This document shows positions 11,710-22,891 of a DNA stretch of 64,000 nucleotides, one piece after another. Source of the stretch: Mobula hypostoma. Lineage: Eukaryota. The stretch covers positions 1,922,001-1,986,000 of the forward strand of contig NC_086097.1 of NCBI RefSeq assembly GCF_963921235.1. The letters are read 5' to 3'. The position numbers and the translations under genes were made by a program. The notes under the pieces were generated by a model that worked only from the letters and a program-made list of their open reading frames with translations, was not told where the DNA came from and did no database searches. Numbering within the stretch: the stretch's first letter is position 1; each line of letters opens with the position of its first letter.

Positions 11710-13295
11710 AAGTCCCTGGCCAGATGGTCTGCATCCCAGAATGCTTAAGGAAGTAGCCCAAGAAATAGTGGATGCATTAGTGATAATTTTTCAAAACTTG
11801 TTAGATTCTGGACTAGTTCCTGAGGATTGGAGGGTGGCTAATGTAACCCCACTTTTTAAAAAAGGAGGGAGAGAGAAATCGGGGAATTATAGACCAGTTA
11901 GCCTAACGTCGGTGGTGGGGAAAATGCTAGAGTCAGTTATCAAAGATGTGATAACAGCACATTTGGAAAGCGGTGAAATCATCGGACAAAGTCAGCATGG
12001 ATTTGTGAAAGGAAAATCATGTCTGACGAATCTCATAGAATTTTTTGAGGATGTAACTAGTAGAGTGGATAGGGGAGAACCAGTGGATGTGGTATATTTG
12101 GATTTTCAAAAGGCTTTTGACAAGGTCCCACACAGGAGATTAGTGTGCAAACTTAAAGCACACGGTATTGTGGGTAAGGTATTGATGTGGATGGAGAATT
12201 GGTTAGCAGACAGGAAGAAAAGAGTGGGAATAAACGGAACCTTTTCAGAATGGCAGGCGGTGACTAGTGGGGTACCGCAAGGCTCAGTGCTGGGACCCCA
12301 GTTGTTTACAATATATATTAATGACTTGGATGAGGGAAGTAAATGCAGCATCTCCAAGTTTGCGGAGGACACAAAGCTGGGTGGCAGTGTTAGCTGTGAG
12401 GAGGATGCTAAGAGGATGCAGAGTGACTTGGATAGGTTGGGTGAGTGGGCAAATTCATGGCAGATGCAATTTAATGTGGATAAATGTGAAGTTATCCATT
12501 TTGGTGGCAAAAATAGGAAAACAGATTATTATCTGAATGGTGGCCGATTAGGAAAAGGGGAGGTGCAACGAGACCTGGGTGTCATTATACACCAGTCATT
12601 GAAAGTGGGCATGCAGGTACAGCAGGCGGTGAAAAAGGCAAATGATATGCTGGCATTTATAGCAAGAGGATTCGAGTACAGGAGCAGGGAGGTACTACTG
12701 CAGTTGTACAAGGCCTTGGTGAGACCACACCTGGAGTATTGTGTGCAGTTTTGGTCCCCTAATCTGAGGAAAGACATCCTTGCCATAGAGGGAGTACAAA
12801 GAAGGTTCACCAGATTGATTCCTGGGATGGCAGGACTTTCATATGAAGAAAGACTGAATGAACTAGGCTTGTACTCGTTGGAATTTAGAAGATTGAGGGG
12901 GAATCTGATTGAAACGTATAAAATCCTAACGGGATTGGACAGGCTAGATGCCGGAAGATTGTTCCCGATGTTGGGGAAGTCCAGAACGAGGGGTCACAGT
13001 TTGAGGATAAAGGGGAAGCCTTTTAGGACTGTGATTAGGAAAAAATTCTTCACACAGAGAGTGGTGAATCTGTGGAATTCTCTGCCACAGGAAACAGTTG
13101 AGGCCAGTTCATTGGCTATATTTAAGAGGGAGTTAGATATGGCCCTTGTGGCTACGGGGGTCCGGGGTATGGAGGGAAGGCTGGGGCAGGGTTCTGAGTT
13201 GGATGATCAGCCATGATCATAATAAATGGCGGTGCAGGCTCGAAGGGCCGAATGGCCTACTCCACCTATTTTCTATGTTTCTATGTTTCTATGTT
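11710..13295 (+). mobile_element. 5'-truncated young CR1 LINE with an open RT frame (491 aa)
   Basis: ORF 11741..13216; catalytic motif reads FAED; (TTCTATGT)n tail. Confidence 0.93.
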
Positions 13296-13392
13296 AACAG
13301 AATGTTGCTGTTAGAGGGCAGAACTGAACAACAGCATTAGGCTCCTTTGAACTACTTTCACAGGGGGGGACACAAACTTTCATTTAAACTTT

Positions 13393-13644
13393 AAACAACA
13401 GGAATTCTGCAGATGCTGGAAATTCAAGCAACATACATCAAAGTTGCTGGTGAACGCAGCAGGCCAAGCAGCATCTATAGGAAGAGGCGCAGTCGACGTT
13501 TCAGGCTGAGACCCTTCGTCAGGACTAACTGAAGCCTTCAGTTAGTCCTGACGAAGGGTCTCGGCCTGAAACGTCGACTGCGCCTCTTCCTATAGATGCT
13601 GCTTGGCCTGCTGCGTTCACCAGCAACTTGGATGTATGTTGCTT
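13393..13644. mobile_element. Palindromic Penelope-like terminal-repeat insertion
   Basis: 109-bp inverted arms around 13535; flanking duplication TTCATTTAAACTTTAA at 13379-13394 and 13643-13658, overlapping the element ends by microhomology. Confidence 0.9.
13543..13580 (+). ncRNA. Hammerhead ribozyme motif, right arm of the palindrome (mirror copy on - at ~13490-13527)
   Basis: Same sequence as 7848-7885. Confidence 0.78.
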
Positions 13645-14544
13645 CATTTAAACTTTAATGTTTTTCACTGGTGCATTGCAATACTGGAATGTGGTCACTA
13701 GGTGGCAAGAATGAGCTTTATTTGATAGTTTTTAATTTTAATTGAGTAATTTTTGTATTTACCTTATCCCATCATGAGATGCTTTTGCAACTTCCCGGCA
13801 GAAAATGCCAATTTTAGATTAGACTCCTAAATATACAGTCAAGGTGTTTTAATTTGATATTATGTTTGAAAGGAGATTTGATAGAAGTACACAAAATTAT
13901 GAGGGGGCATAGATAGGGTAAATGCAAGCAGGTTTTTTTCCACTAAAGTTGGGTGGGACTACCCTATGGATTATGGGTTAAGGGTGAAAGGTGAAATCTT
14001 TAAAGTTCAAAGTAAGTTTATTATCACAGTACAACCCTGAGATTTGTTTTCTTGCGTACATACTCATTAATCCAAGAAAGGTAATAGAATCAGTGAAAGA
14101 CTGCACCCAACGGGAACGTGAGGGGAACTTGTTCACTTGGAGGATGTTGAGGGTGTGGAATGAGCTGCCAGCGCAGTTGGTGGTTGCAGAGTCAATTTCA
14201 ACGTTTAAGAGAAATTTGGATAGGCACATGGATTGGAGGGGTATGGAGGGCTATGGAATGGGAATAGCCAGATTAGTAGTTCAGGAAGGAAAGGCATATT
14301 TCTGTGCTGGAGTGTTCCATGACTAATGAATGGTTCACGTTGAGTAGGATGTCAAAATTGCATCAAAGAGGAGCAAGTGTAGTCCAGGTGATCCCCAGAT
14401 TACAGCTGTTTGGGTGTCAGAAATTTGCTTTAGAGTTCACAAACCACTACCCAAACTCTGCCCTTACAGTTCTGTGTGTGGAGGAAAATCATTTGTAGAC
14501 CATTTTCTTGAAAGCAATTCCCCCTCCCATAACATGGGTTTGCC

Positions 14545-15470
14545 AGTTGTTGACGAACTTGTATTGATGTGCAGTGAGGACTGAATAGACTGGTTGCATC
14601 ATGACCTGGTATGGAAACTCTAAAGCCTTTGAACAGAAAATCCTACAAAACGTACTGGATTTGGCCCAGTACCTCACGGGTAAAGCCCTCTCAACCTTTG
14701 AGCACATCTACATGAAATGCTGTCGAAGAAAAGCAGCATCCATCGTCAGAGACCCTCCCCACCCAGGCCATGCTCTTTTCTCACTGCTGCCATCAGGTAG
14801 AAGATACAGGAGCCTCAGGACACACCACCCGGTTACTATCCCACAACCATCAGGCTCTTGAACAAAAGAGGATAATGACACTCATCTATTGAGATGTTCC
14901 CACAACCAGTGATCTCACTTTAAGGCCTCTTTATCTTGTTATTTCATGCTCTCGTTTTTTATTGCGATTTATTTATGTTTGCATTTGCAGTTTGTTCTCT
15001 TCTATGGTCTTGCTCTTTCATTGATCCTGTTTACAGTTACTGTTCTATCGATTTGCTGAGTACTAAGAGGAATAGATAGAGTGGATAGTCAGCGCCTCTT
15101 CCCAGGGCACTACTGCTCAATACAAGAGGACATGGCTTTAAGGTAAGGGGTGGGAAGTTCAAGGGGGATATTAGTGGACGGTTTTTTACTCAGAGAGTGG
15201 TTGGTGCGTGGAATGCACTGCCTGAGTCAGTGGTGGAGGCAGATACACTAGTGAAGTTTGAGAGACTACTAGACAGGTATATGGAGGAATCTAAGGTGGG
15301 GGCTTATATGGGAGGCAGGGTTTGAGGGTCGGCACAACAGTGTGGGCCGAAGGGCCTGTACTGTGCTGTGCTATTCTATGTTCTATGTAAGCTCATAGGA
15401 AAAAGAATCTCAGGGTTGTCTGTGGTGACATGTATACACTGTGATAATAAATTGTACTTTGAACTTTCAA
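14545..15470 (+). mobile_element. L2/Rex-like LINE 3' fragment interrupted by a CR1 tail (15063-15387)
   Basis: HPGHALFSLLPSGRRYRSLRT motif; (tttgaac)n-like tail resumes at ~15455. Confidence 0.7.
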
Positions 15471-15583
15471 CAATGCAGGTGTCAATAGGCCTATATAAGG
15501 AATATTCATCGTTTTTCTCTGTTACCATACCAAAATTATTTAACACAAACTTGTTATCAAATCTTTATGCTGTTCTTCCACAG

Positions 15584-15754
15584 TCCAAAGAGAAACTGAT
15601 TAACAGCCTAAAGGAGGGTTCAGGGATTGAAGGTATTGAGAGCCATGCGATTAGCACACTGGAGCTGGAGGAGGTGCGGCATGAACGTGACATGCAGCGG
15701 GAAGAGATCCAGAGACTGTTGGGTCAGATCCAATCACTGAGGACAGAACTGCAG
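15584..15754 (+). CDS. GOLGA5: GOLGA5 exon (SKEKLINSLKEGSGIEG...SLRTELQ)
   Basis: ttcttccacag|...CAG|gtaggt, 171 bp; lies inside ORF 15368..15781. Confidence 0.95.
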
Positions 15755-15919
15755 GTAGGTACCTCTTGTCATCAGCTGTAAAACTCTTCCTGCTTGCTTG
15801 AGCTGTGACTGAACAAAGCACCACAAGATGGAAATGGCTCTGACAGGAAAACCTGGCATTTTGGCTCTGCGTTTCTCCATGGTGTGCTTTTTGGGTGGGA
15901 TTTTAAATGGGAGCCCAGT

Positions 15920-17250
15920 GAGTTGGGAGCAGAAATAGGCCATTCGGCCTTTCATTCTATCGTGGCTGATTTATTATTCCTCTCAACCCCATTATCCTGC
16001 CTTCTCCCCGTATCCTTTGATGCCCTGACTAACAATAAACTATCAACCTCTGCTTTATATATGCCCAGTGATTTGATCTCCACAGCTGTCTGTGGCAATG
16101 AGATTCACCACCCTCTGGCTGAAGAATTTCATATTGATAGAACACCCACACCACAGGAGTAAGCTCTTCGACCCATCAAGTCCAAGCCTAGTCCCATGGA
16201 CTTGCACCCTGACCATCGCCTTCCACACCTCTCCCATCCAAATTTCCCTTAAATGTTAAAATCAATGCGCATCCATCACTCACACTGGCTGCTTGTTCTG
16301 CAATGTCAGCACCCTCTGAGAGAAGAAGTTGCCCCTCATGTTCCCTGTAAACTCTTCACCTTTCACCCTTAACCCATGAACACTGTCTACTCTGGCTCTC
16401 TGGTTCCCATCCCCCTGCAACTCTAGTTTAACACTCCCCCCAACCCTGCCAGTGCAGCATTAGCAAACCTTCCACTGGGATATTAGTAATCTCTCTTCAG
16501 CTGAGGTGCTAACCATCTTTTCTGTACAGGTTTACAGTTCCACCTTCCCTGGAAGAGAGCCCAATGATCCAAAAATCTACAGCCCCCTCTCCTGCACCAA
16601 CTTCTTAGCTACGTGCTAAACTGTTTGATCTTCCTGTTTCCTTTTATATTCTTTTCCTCTAGAAACGAATGCTAATGTTGCATTTGGCTTCGTCACCACC
16701 AGTTCAACCTGCAAGTTAACCTTTAAGGAATCCTGCACAAGGATCCCAAAGTCCCTCTGTACCTCTGATTCTTGAACTTTCTCCCCATTCGGGAAATAGT
16801 TTACGTCTCTATTCCTTCTACCAAAGTGCATGATCAAACATCTCCCTACACTCTTTTCCATCTATCACTTTACCCTGTCTTTCAATCTGTCCAAATCTTT
16901 CTGCAGACTTCCTACTTCCTCAGCACTACCTACCTCATTCACCTTTCTTCGTATTGTCCCAACGAAGAATCGGTCCCAACACGGATCCCTGTGGATCATC
17001 TTTCTTCGTGTTGTCCCAACGAAGAATCGGTCCCAACACGGATCACTGTGGATCACCTTTCTTCGTGTTGTCCCAACGAAGAATCGGTCCCAACACGGAT
17101 CACTGTGGATCACCTTTCTTCGTGTTGGCCCAACGAAGAATCGGTCCTAACACGGATCCCTGTGGATCACCTCTCTTCGTATTGTCCCAACGAAGAATCG
17201 GTCCCAACACGGATCCCTGTGGAACACCACTAGTCACGGGCAGCTCCCTT
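15920..17250 (-). mobile_element. Mosaic of degenerate CR1 fragments
   Basis: MHFGRRN..VQDSLKVNLQV (16616..16861); GVPQG region at ~17200-17240. Confidence 0.7.
16942..17222. repeat. 57-bp minisatellite, about 5 copies
   Basis: Unit CTTTCTTCGTGTTGTCCCAACGAAGAATCGGTCCCAACACGGATC(A/C)CTGTGGATCAC. Confidence 0.9.
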
Positions 17251-17492
17251 TGTTCCCACTCTTTGCCTCATATCTGTGGTTCGACGTTTGGATGGGGTTT
17301 TAAATGGGAGCCCAGCGTTCTATTGAAAGATTGTTGGGAGACTTCCGGTAGCGCTCATGGAGTGAAGTCGCGTTCTTGACTCGCTCCATTACCTCTGAGT
17401 TTTTTCTCTCTATGGTCAGCTATACTTTAATTAACTATTAAGGCATCAATTTTTACAATACTTTGAATTAAACTGAATTCTCTGACAATTGG

Positions 17493-18392
17493 ATGATACT
17501 GAGATCGGCTATGTCTAAGAACGGGAAAGACGGCAAGGATGGTAAACCTCCGGTTAAACCGAAAGCTACGGATCTCCCTCCGACTGAATCACCGGTGACT
17601 TTGAAAGCGATATCGGAGTTAATTCAGAGGGAAATTTCAACCTCTGTTAGGGAGATGATTCGTACAGAAATTATGGGCTTTGTTAAAGACCTGATTCATA
17701 CGGAAATCTCAACTAAGTTCCAGAAAATTGCCGATTTAATTGATAAGATGCAAACATGTATTGCGGAACATCAGTCGGCTATATCTGATCTTCAAAAATC
17801 CGCGCAACAAGGTGAGCTTAAGATGGGGAAAATCGAAGAAACAATTAATGTAATGAAGAAGAAACTTGACTTTTTGACTTTTAAAAACTCTGACTTGGAA
17901 TCTAGAATGCGACGGCAGAATTTACGAATGATTGGCGTCAGGGAAGCCGTGGAAGCTAACAACCCTATGAAATATTTCTCCCAACTTTTAAAAGATGCAT
18001 TCCCTACTGTATTTCCTGACCAACCACCGCTACTGGATCGTGTTCACAGAATCCCATCATACTCGTCTAGGTCAGATAGACCTAGGCATGTTATCTTACG
18101 TTTTCATTACTTTCAAGACAAGGAGAGACTGTTTCGATTCGCTCGATCTAAAGGTTTCATTGATTTTTCGGATCTTAAGTTCCGATTTGTGGAAGATTTC
18201 AGTAAACCAATCTGGGACCAACGGGTCCGTTACAGATCCGTGATGTCGGAATTCTATAAGATGGATTTAAGACCAGCGCTGCTGTACCCTGCACGTCTAA
18301 GGATTCGCATGTTAGATGGAGCCCTTCGTTTTTTTGATTCTCCATCGGATGCCCAGAGTTATCTGGATCAACTTTCATCCTCAACATCTTAA
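17493..18392 (+). CDS. L1 ORF1p (coiled coil plus RRM/CTD)
   Basis: DLESRMRRQNLRMIG, LDRVHR, PRHVILRF, LLYPARLRI motifs typical of L1 ORF1p; start may be the ATG at 17511. Confidence 0.9.
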   Translation: MILRSAMSKNGKDGKDGKPPVKPKATDLPPTESPVTLKAISELIQREISTSVREMIRTEIMGFVKDLIHTEISTKFQKIADLIDKMQTCIAEHQSAISDLQKSAQQGELKMGKIEETINVMKKKLDFLTFKNSDLESRMRRQNLRMIGVREAVEANNPMKYFSQLLKDAFPTVFPDQPPLLDRVHRIPSYSSRSDRPRHVILRFHYFQDKERLFRFARSKGFIDFSDLKFRFVEDFSKPIWDQRVRYRSVMSEFYKMDLRPALLYPARLRIRMLDGALRFFDSPSDAQSYLDQLSSSTS

Positions 18393-19114
18393 TTGCCTTT
18401 TTTTAATTTTCTCCGTTGATCGGAGGCTGTGAATTGGTTGGTTTTAACTTTTCTGTGCCCTATTTGGGCAGAAAAGTTTACTTTCGATTTCTTAATATGG
18501 CTGCTAAACTTTCTTTTTAACTGCGTCATTTCTTTCTTTTCTCAGGGGATTCTGGGTGGTTACTTCCCTTTTGTCATCTTACGTATTTCCTGTGCGGCCT
18601 TAAATTTTGTAGTTTTTTTTAAATTTTATTCTGTTTTGCTTTTTATAATCATTTTATGTTAATAATCCTATTTTTTTTTGTTGCTGTGTCTATTCATGAG
18701 TTTGAGGTTTATTGTGGTTTTTTTTTAATATATACTTTCCGGCTTTTGTTCTGTTCTGTGTGTATTTTAATTGAGCTAACTTTTTTTTTACTTATTTTTT
18801 TACTGTTTTACAATTAGCTGATCCTTTTCATATTTATACCTTTTTTTTAGGGAGCGTATACCGGAAGTCATGGGGGTAGTTTTAGCGCTTGCTTCTTTCT
18901 GGCGGGTCTGCTTTAGATTTCGCCTTGGGGTCTTGGGGTGGGGGGTGGTGGGAGGGGCTTCACGTTTTAGTTCGTTTCTCTTTGGGCTATATACATTATT
19001 GAAGTATTGGTTGCGTCCTTTTCCCCGGTATCTTTTGTATGTTCTGTTTCCTCTCCGGGTTTGTGGGTCGCGCCTATTGTCAATCCTCCTTCTTGTGGGT
19101 TGACTTTAGGATTT

Positions 19115-22100
19115 ATGGAGTCTATTATTAATTTTGTCTCCTGGAATACTAATGGTCTTAATCATCCTATTAAAAGAAAAAAAGTTTTTAAAGTGTTCCG
19201 GAGACTTAAAGCACAAATTTTATTTTTACAAGAGACCCATGTACGGAGGGGGGACAGACTACGTTTTTTTAAATTCTGGAAGGGACAACAATTTCATTCG
19301 AACTCCAATGCTAAGATTCGAGGCGTCTCTATTTTTATAGACTCCTCAGTTACTTTTATACAACAAGATATTATCTCTGATCCGAATGGTAGATTTTTAT
19401 TGGTTAGTGGTTTACTATTTAATAAAAAAGTAGTTTTGGTTAATGTTTATGCTCCTAATATGGATTGTCCGGAATTTTATAAATCATTGTTTGATCAGTT
19501 TCCGAATTTGAACGAGTTTTCATTGATTTGGGGCGGAGATCTTAATACCTGTTTATTTCCAGCTTTGGACCGTTCGGCTCCTTTACGGACTTTACCTAAT
19601 AAATCTGCAAATTTGATTAATTTTTTCCTTTCTGATTCTGGGTCGACGGACATTTGGCGTTTTCTGCATCCTCAGGAAAAAGATTTTTCCTTCTTTTCAC
19701 ATGTTCATCATTCCTATTCAAGAATTGATTATTTTTTCATTGATTCTCGTCTCATTCCTTCAGTGATTAAATGTGATTATGATTCTATAACCATTTCGGA
19801 TCATGCTCCACTTAAGCTTTCTATTAAAATTATGGCCAATATACCAAACAATAGACAATGGCGTTTTAATTCGCTGTTGCTTCAGGACTCGGACTTTGTT
19901 AATTTTATGAATGAACAGATTGAGCTTTTTTTTACAATTAACCATACAGAAGATATTTCGGTTAACACTCTTTGGGACACTTTTAAAGCCTATATTCGGG
20001 GTCAGATTATTTCGTATTCCGTTGCTTTGAGGAAGAAACAGAAGCAGGAGGAGATGGCAATTGTGGACAAGATTAAAGAAATTGATAAGAAATATGTTAT
20101 GGCTCCTTCTGAGGAGCTATACAAACAAAGAACTGAACTTCAAATGGAACACAGTTTACTACTCTCGTCCTCGATTGTAAACCAATTAAAGAAAACAAGA
20201 AGTGATTTTTATGTTCACAGTGATAAAATTGGCAAGCTGCTGGCTAATCAATTGAAATCTAATTATGTTAAATCTCAAATCAATCAGATTTATAACCAAA
20301 ATGATCGATTGATATTGGATCATGTGGGGATTAATCAAACCTTTTGTGATTTTTATTCTTCTTTATATCAATCAGAGTCTCCTCGAGATTCTAAATATAT
20401 GAATGATTTTTTAGATAAGTTAGACTTCCCTCAGATTTCACAGGATATGTCTTCTTTATTAGATACTTCCATTACAATGGATGAGATTAAGAATGTTATT
20501 TTTTCTATGAATCTGGGGAAAGCTCCTGGCCCTGATGGGTTTACCGTTGAATTTTATAAATGTTTTGCTTCTTTATTGATTCCTTGGCTCTATAAGGTTT
20601 TTGAGGCTTCTTTGAAACTTGGTAAACTTCCGGAATCTTTTAATAGAGCATCAATTTCTTTAATACTAAAGAAGGATAAAGACCCTGCTCAATGTGCATC
20701 TTATAGACCAATATCTTTATTAAATGTTGATTCTAAAGTTTTTTCTAAGTTATTAGCAAATAGACTAGAAAAAGTACTTCCTTCTATTATTTCGGAAGAC
20801 CAAACGGGTTTTATTAAAGGTCGTTACTCTTTTTATAATATTCGTACATTGTTAAATATCGTTTATACTCCCTCACAAAATGTTCCTGAGTGTGTTATTT
20901 CTTTAGATGCCGAGAAAGCTTTTGATAGAGTAGAATGGCCTTATTTATTTAAGGTGCTTGAAATGTTTAATTTTAGCTTGAAATTTATATCCTGGATTAA
21001 ACTGTTATATCACTCCCCTGTAGCCTCGGTTCGTACTAACTCCTTAAACTCACCTTTTTTTCCTCTCTTTCGTGGTACTCGACAAGGCTGTCCTCTTAGT
21101 CCCCTATTATTTGATATTGCATTAGAACCTCTTGCAATTGCTATTCGAGAATCTTTAAATATTACTGGGATAACTCGGGGATTAAAGTCCCATAAATTAT
21201 CACTTTATGCTGATGATTTACTTTTATATATTTCTAATCCTGAGAGATCCATTCCTGCTGTTTTAGAGTTATTAGCACAATTTGGTCTTTTCTCAGGTTA
21301 TAAATTAAATCTTAGTAAGAGTGAACTTTTTCCGATTAATAAACATCTTCCCTTATATTATAAATTTCCATTTAAATTGATTAATAATTACTTTTCATAT
21401 CTTGGGATTAAAATTACTTGTAAACATAAAGATTTATTTAAGACTAACTTTTTACCATTAATAGACCATATTACTCAACTTTCATCTAAATGGTTTCCCT
21501 TATATTTAACTTTGATTGGTCGTATTAATGCAGTTAAGATGTTTTTTTTGCCAAAATTTTTATATGTGTTTCAGGCATTACCAATTTTCGTTCCTAAATC
21601 TTTTTTTGATAAAGTTGACTCTAAAATTTCTTCATTTATTTGGCAGAATAAGAATCCGAGACTGGGTAAAATACATTTACAGAAAGCTAAGAGAGATGGA
21701 GGTTTAGCATTACCTAACTTTAGATTTTATTATTGGGCTATTAATATTCGACATATGAAATTTTGGTTACTTGACCGGGACATACTATCTATTCCTAAAT
21801 GGGTAGCATTGGAATTACAATCTGTTCAGGGTTATACACTTGGTTCTATTTTAGGTTCCTCTCTTCCTTTTGATTCGAAACGCCTTAAGCAGGTCTCTAA
21901 CCCGATAGTTAAATATGCTTTGCGCATTTGGTTTCAATTCAGAAAATTTTTTGATCTTAATCAATTCGGGTTAGCGATTCCTATTTTAGGTAACATATTT
22001 TTTCCTCCCTCTTTTACGGATCGCGCTTTTCAAACTTGGAAGACTAAGGGTATTTTACGGTTTTTGGATTTATTTTTAGATGGTTCCCTTATGTCTTTTG

Positions 22101-22891
22101 AACAATTATCTAATAAATATAACTTATCAAGAATACATTTTTTTAGATATTTACAAGTTAGAAATTTCCTAAGTACTATACTTTCTTCCTTTCCAATGCT
22201 TCCTCCTATATATATTTTAGATTCGATAATTAACCTTAATCCATGTCAGAAAGGTGCATCGGCTATGATTTATAATATTATTATGAAACTTAGGAAAGCT
22301 CCATTTGATAAGATTAGGGTAGATTGGGAACAGGAATTGGGGCTTACCATTTCTGTGGATGATTGGGGGCAGATTTTACAATTAGTTAATACTTCCTCTA
22401 TTTGTGCTAAACATTCCCTAATTCAATTTAAAGTGGTTCATAGAGCACATATGTCCAAAGATAAGTTAGCGCGTTTTTACTCGCATATTAATCCTTTCTG
22501 TGATAGATGTTCGGGGCAGATAGCCTCTTTAACTCATATGTTTTGGTCTTGCCCTACTTTGGAAACTTTTTGGAGAGATATTTTCAATATTATTTCTAAG
22601 GTATTAAATATAGATATCTCTCCTCACCCTATTACTGCTATCTTTGGACTACCTAAAATTTCTAGTAATCTTTCCCCTTCAGCCCGTAGAATGATTGCAT
22701 TTCTTACTTTAATGGCGAAAAGATGTATTTTACAACATTGGAAAGAACTTAATGCTCCAACTACCTTTTTTTGGTTTTCTCAGACGATTTTATGTTTGAA
22801 TCTGGAGAAAATTAGAAGTAACCTTTATGATTCTTCATTTAAATTTGAACAGATTTGGGGACCTTTTATTCGATATTTTCATTTAATGTAA
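19115..22891 (+). CDS. L1 ORF2p: APE endonuclease, reverse transcriptase and C-terminal CCHC (1258 aa from first ATG)
   Basis: SWNTNGL, LQETH, GGDLN, SRIDY, SDH (endonuclease); GKAPGPDG, YRPISLL, GTRQGCPLSP, YADD (RT); CDRC..HMFWSC. Confidence 0.95.
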   Translation: MESIINFVSWNTNGLNHPIKRKKVFKVFRRLKAQILFLQETHVRRGDRLRFFKFWKGQQFHSNSNAKIRGVSIFIDSSVTFIQQDIISDPNGRFLLVSGLLFNKKVVLVNVYAPNMDCPEFYKSLFDQFPNLNEFSLIWGGDLNTCLFPALDRSAPLRTLPNKSANLINFFLSDSGSTDIWRFLHPQEKDFSFFSHVHHSYSRIDYFFIDSRLIPSVIKCDYDSITISDHAPLKLSIKIMANIPNNRQWRFNSLLLQDSDFVNFMNEQIELFFTINHTEDISVNTLWDTFKAYIRGQIISYSVALRKKQKQEEMAIVDKIKEIDKKYVMAPSEELYKQRTELQMEHSLLLSSSIVNQLKKTRSDFYVHSDKIGKLLANQLKSNYVKSQINQIYNQNDRLILDHVGINQTFCDFYSSLYQSESPRDSKYMNDFLDKLDFPQISQDMSSLLDTSITMDEIKNVIFSMNLGKAPGPDGFTVEFYKCFASLLIPWLYKVFEASLKLGKLPESFNRASISLILKKDKDPAQCASYRPISLLNVDSKVFSKLLANRLEKVLPSIISEDQTGFIKGRYSFYNIRTLLNIVYTPSQNVPECVISLDAEKAFDRVEWPYLFKVLEMFNFSLKFISWIKLLYHSPVASVRTNSLNSPFFPLFRGTRQGCPLSPLLFDIALEPLAIAIRESLNITGITRGLKSHKLSLYADDLLLYISNPERSIPAVLELLAQFGLFSGYKLNLSKSELFPINKHLPLYYKFPFKLINNYFSYLGIKITCKHKDLFKTNFLPLIDHITQLSSKWFPLYLTLIGRINAVKMFFLPKFLYVFQALPIFVPKSFFDKVDSKISSFIWQNKNPRLGKIHLQKAKRDGGLALPNFRFYYWAINIRHMKFWLLDRDILSIPKWVALELQSVQGYTLGSILGSSLPFDSKRLKQVSNPIVKYALRIWFQFRKFFDLNQFGLAIPILGNIFFPPSFTDRAFQTWKTKGILRFLDLFLDGSLMSFEQLSNKYNLSRIHFFRYLQVRNFLSTILSSFPMLPPIYILDSIINLNPCQKGASAMIYNIIMKLRKAPFDKIRVDWEQELGLTISVDDWGQILQLVNTSSICAKHSLIQFKVVHRAHMSKDKLARFYSHINPFCDRCSGQIASLTHMFWSCPTLETFWRDIFNIISKVLNIDISPHPITAIFGLPKISSNLSPSARRMIAFLTLMAKRCILQHWKELNAPTTFFWFSQTILCLNLEKIRSNLYDSSFKFEQIWGPFIRYFHLM

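Noticed and set aside
12106..12810. Long antisense ORFs over CR1 RT (also 1187, 1994, 49000, 53063, 55024, 57189)
   Set aside because: Shadow frames recurring in every CR1 copy
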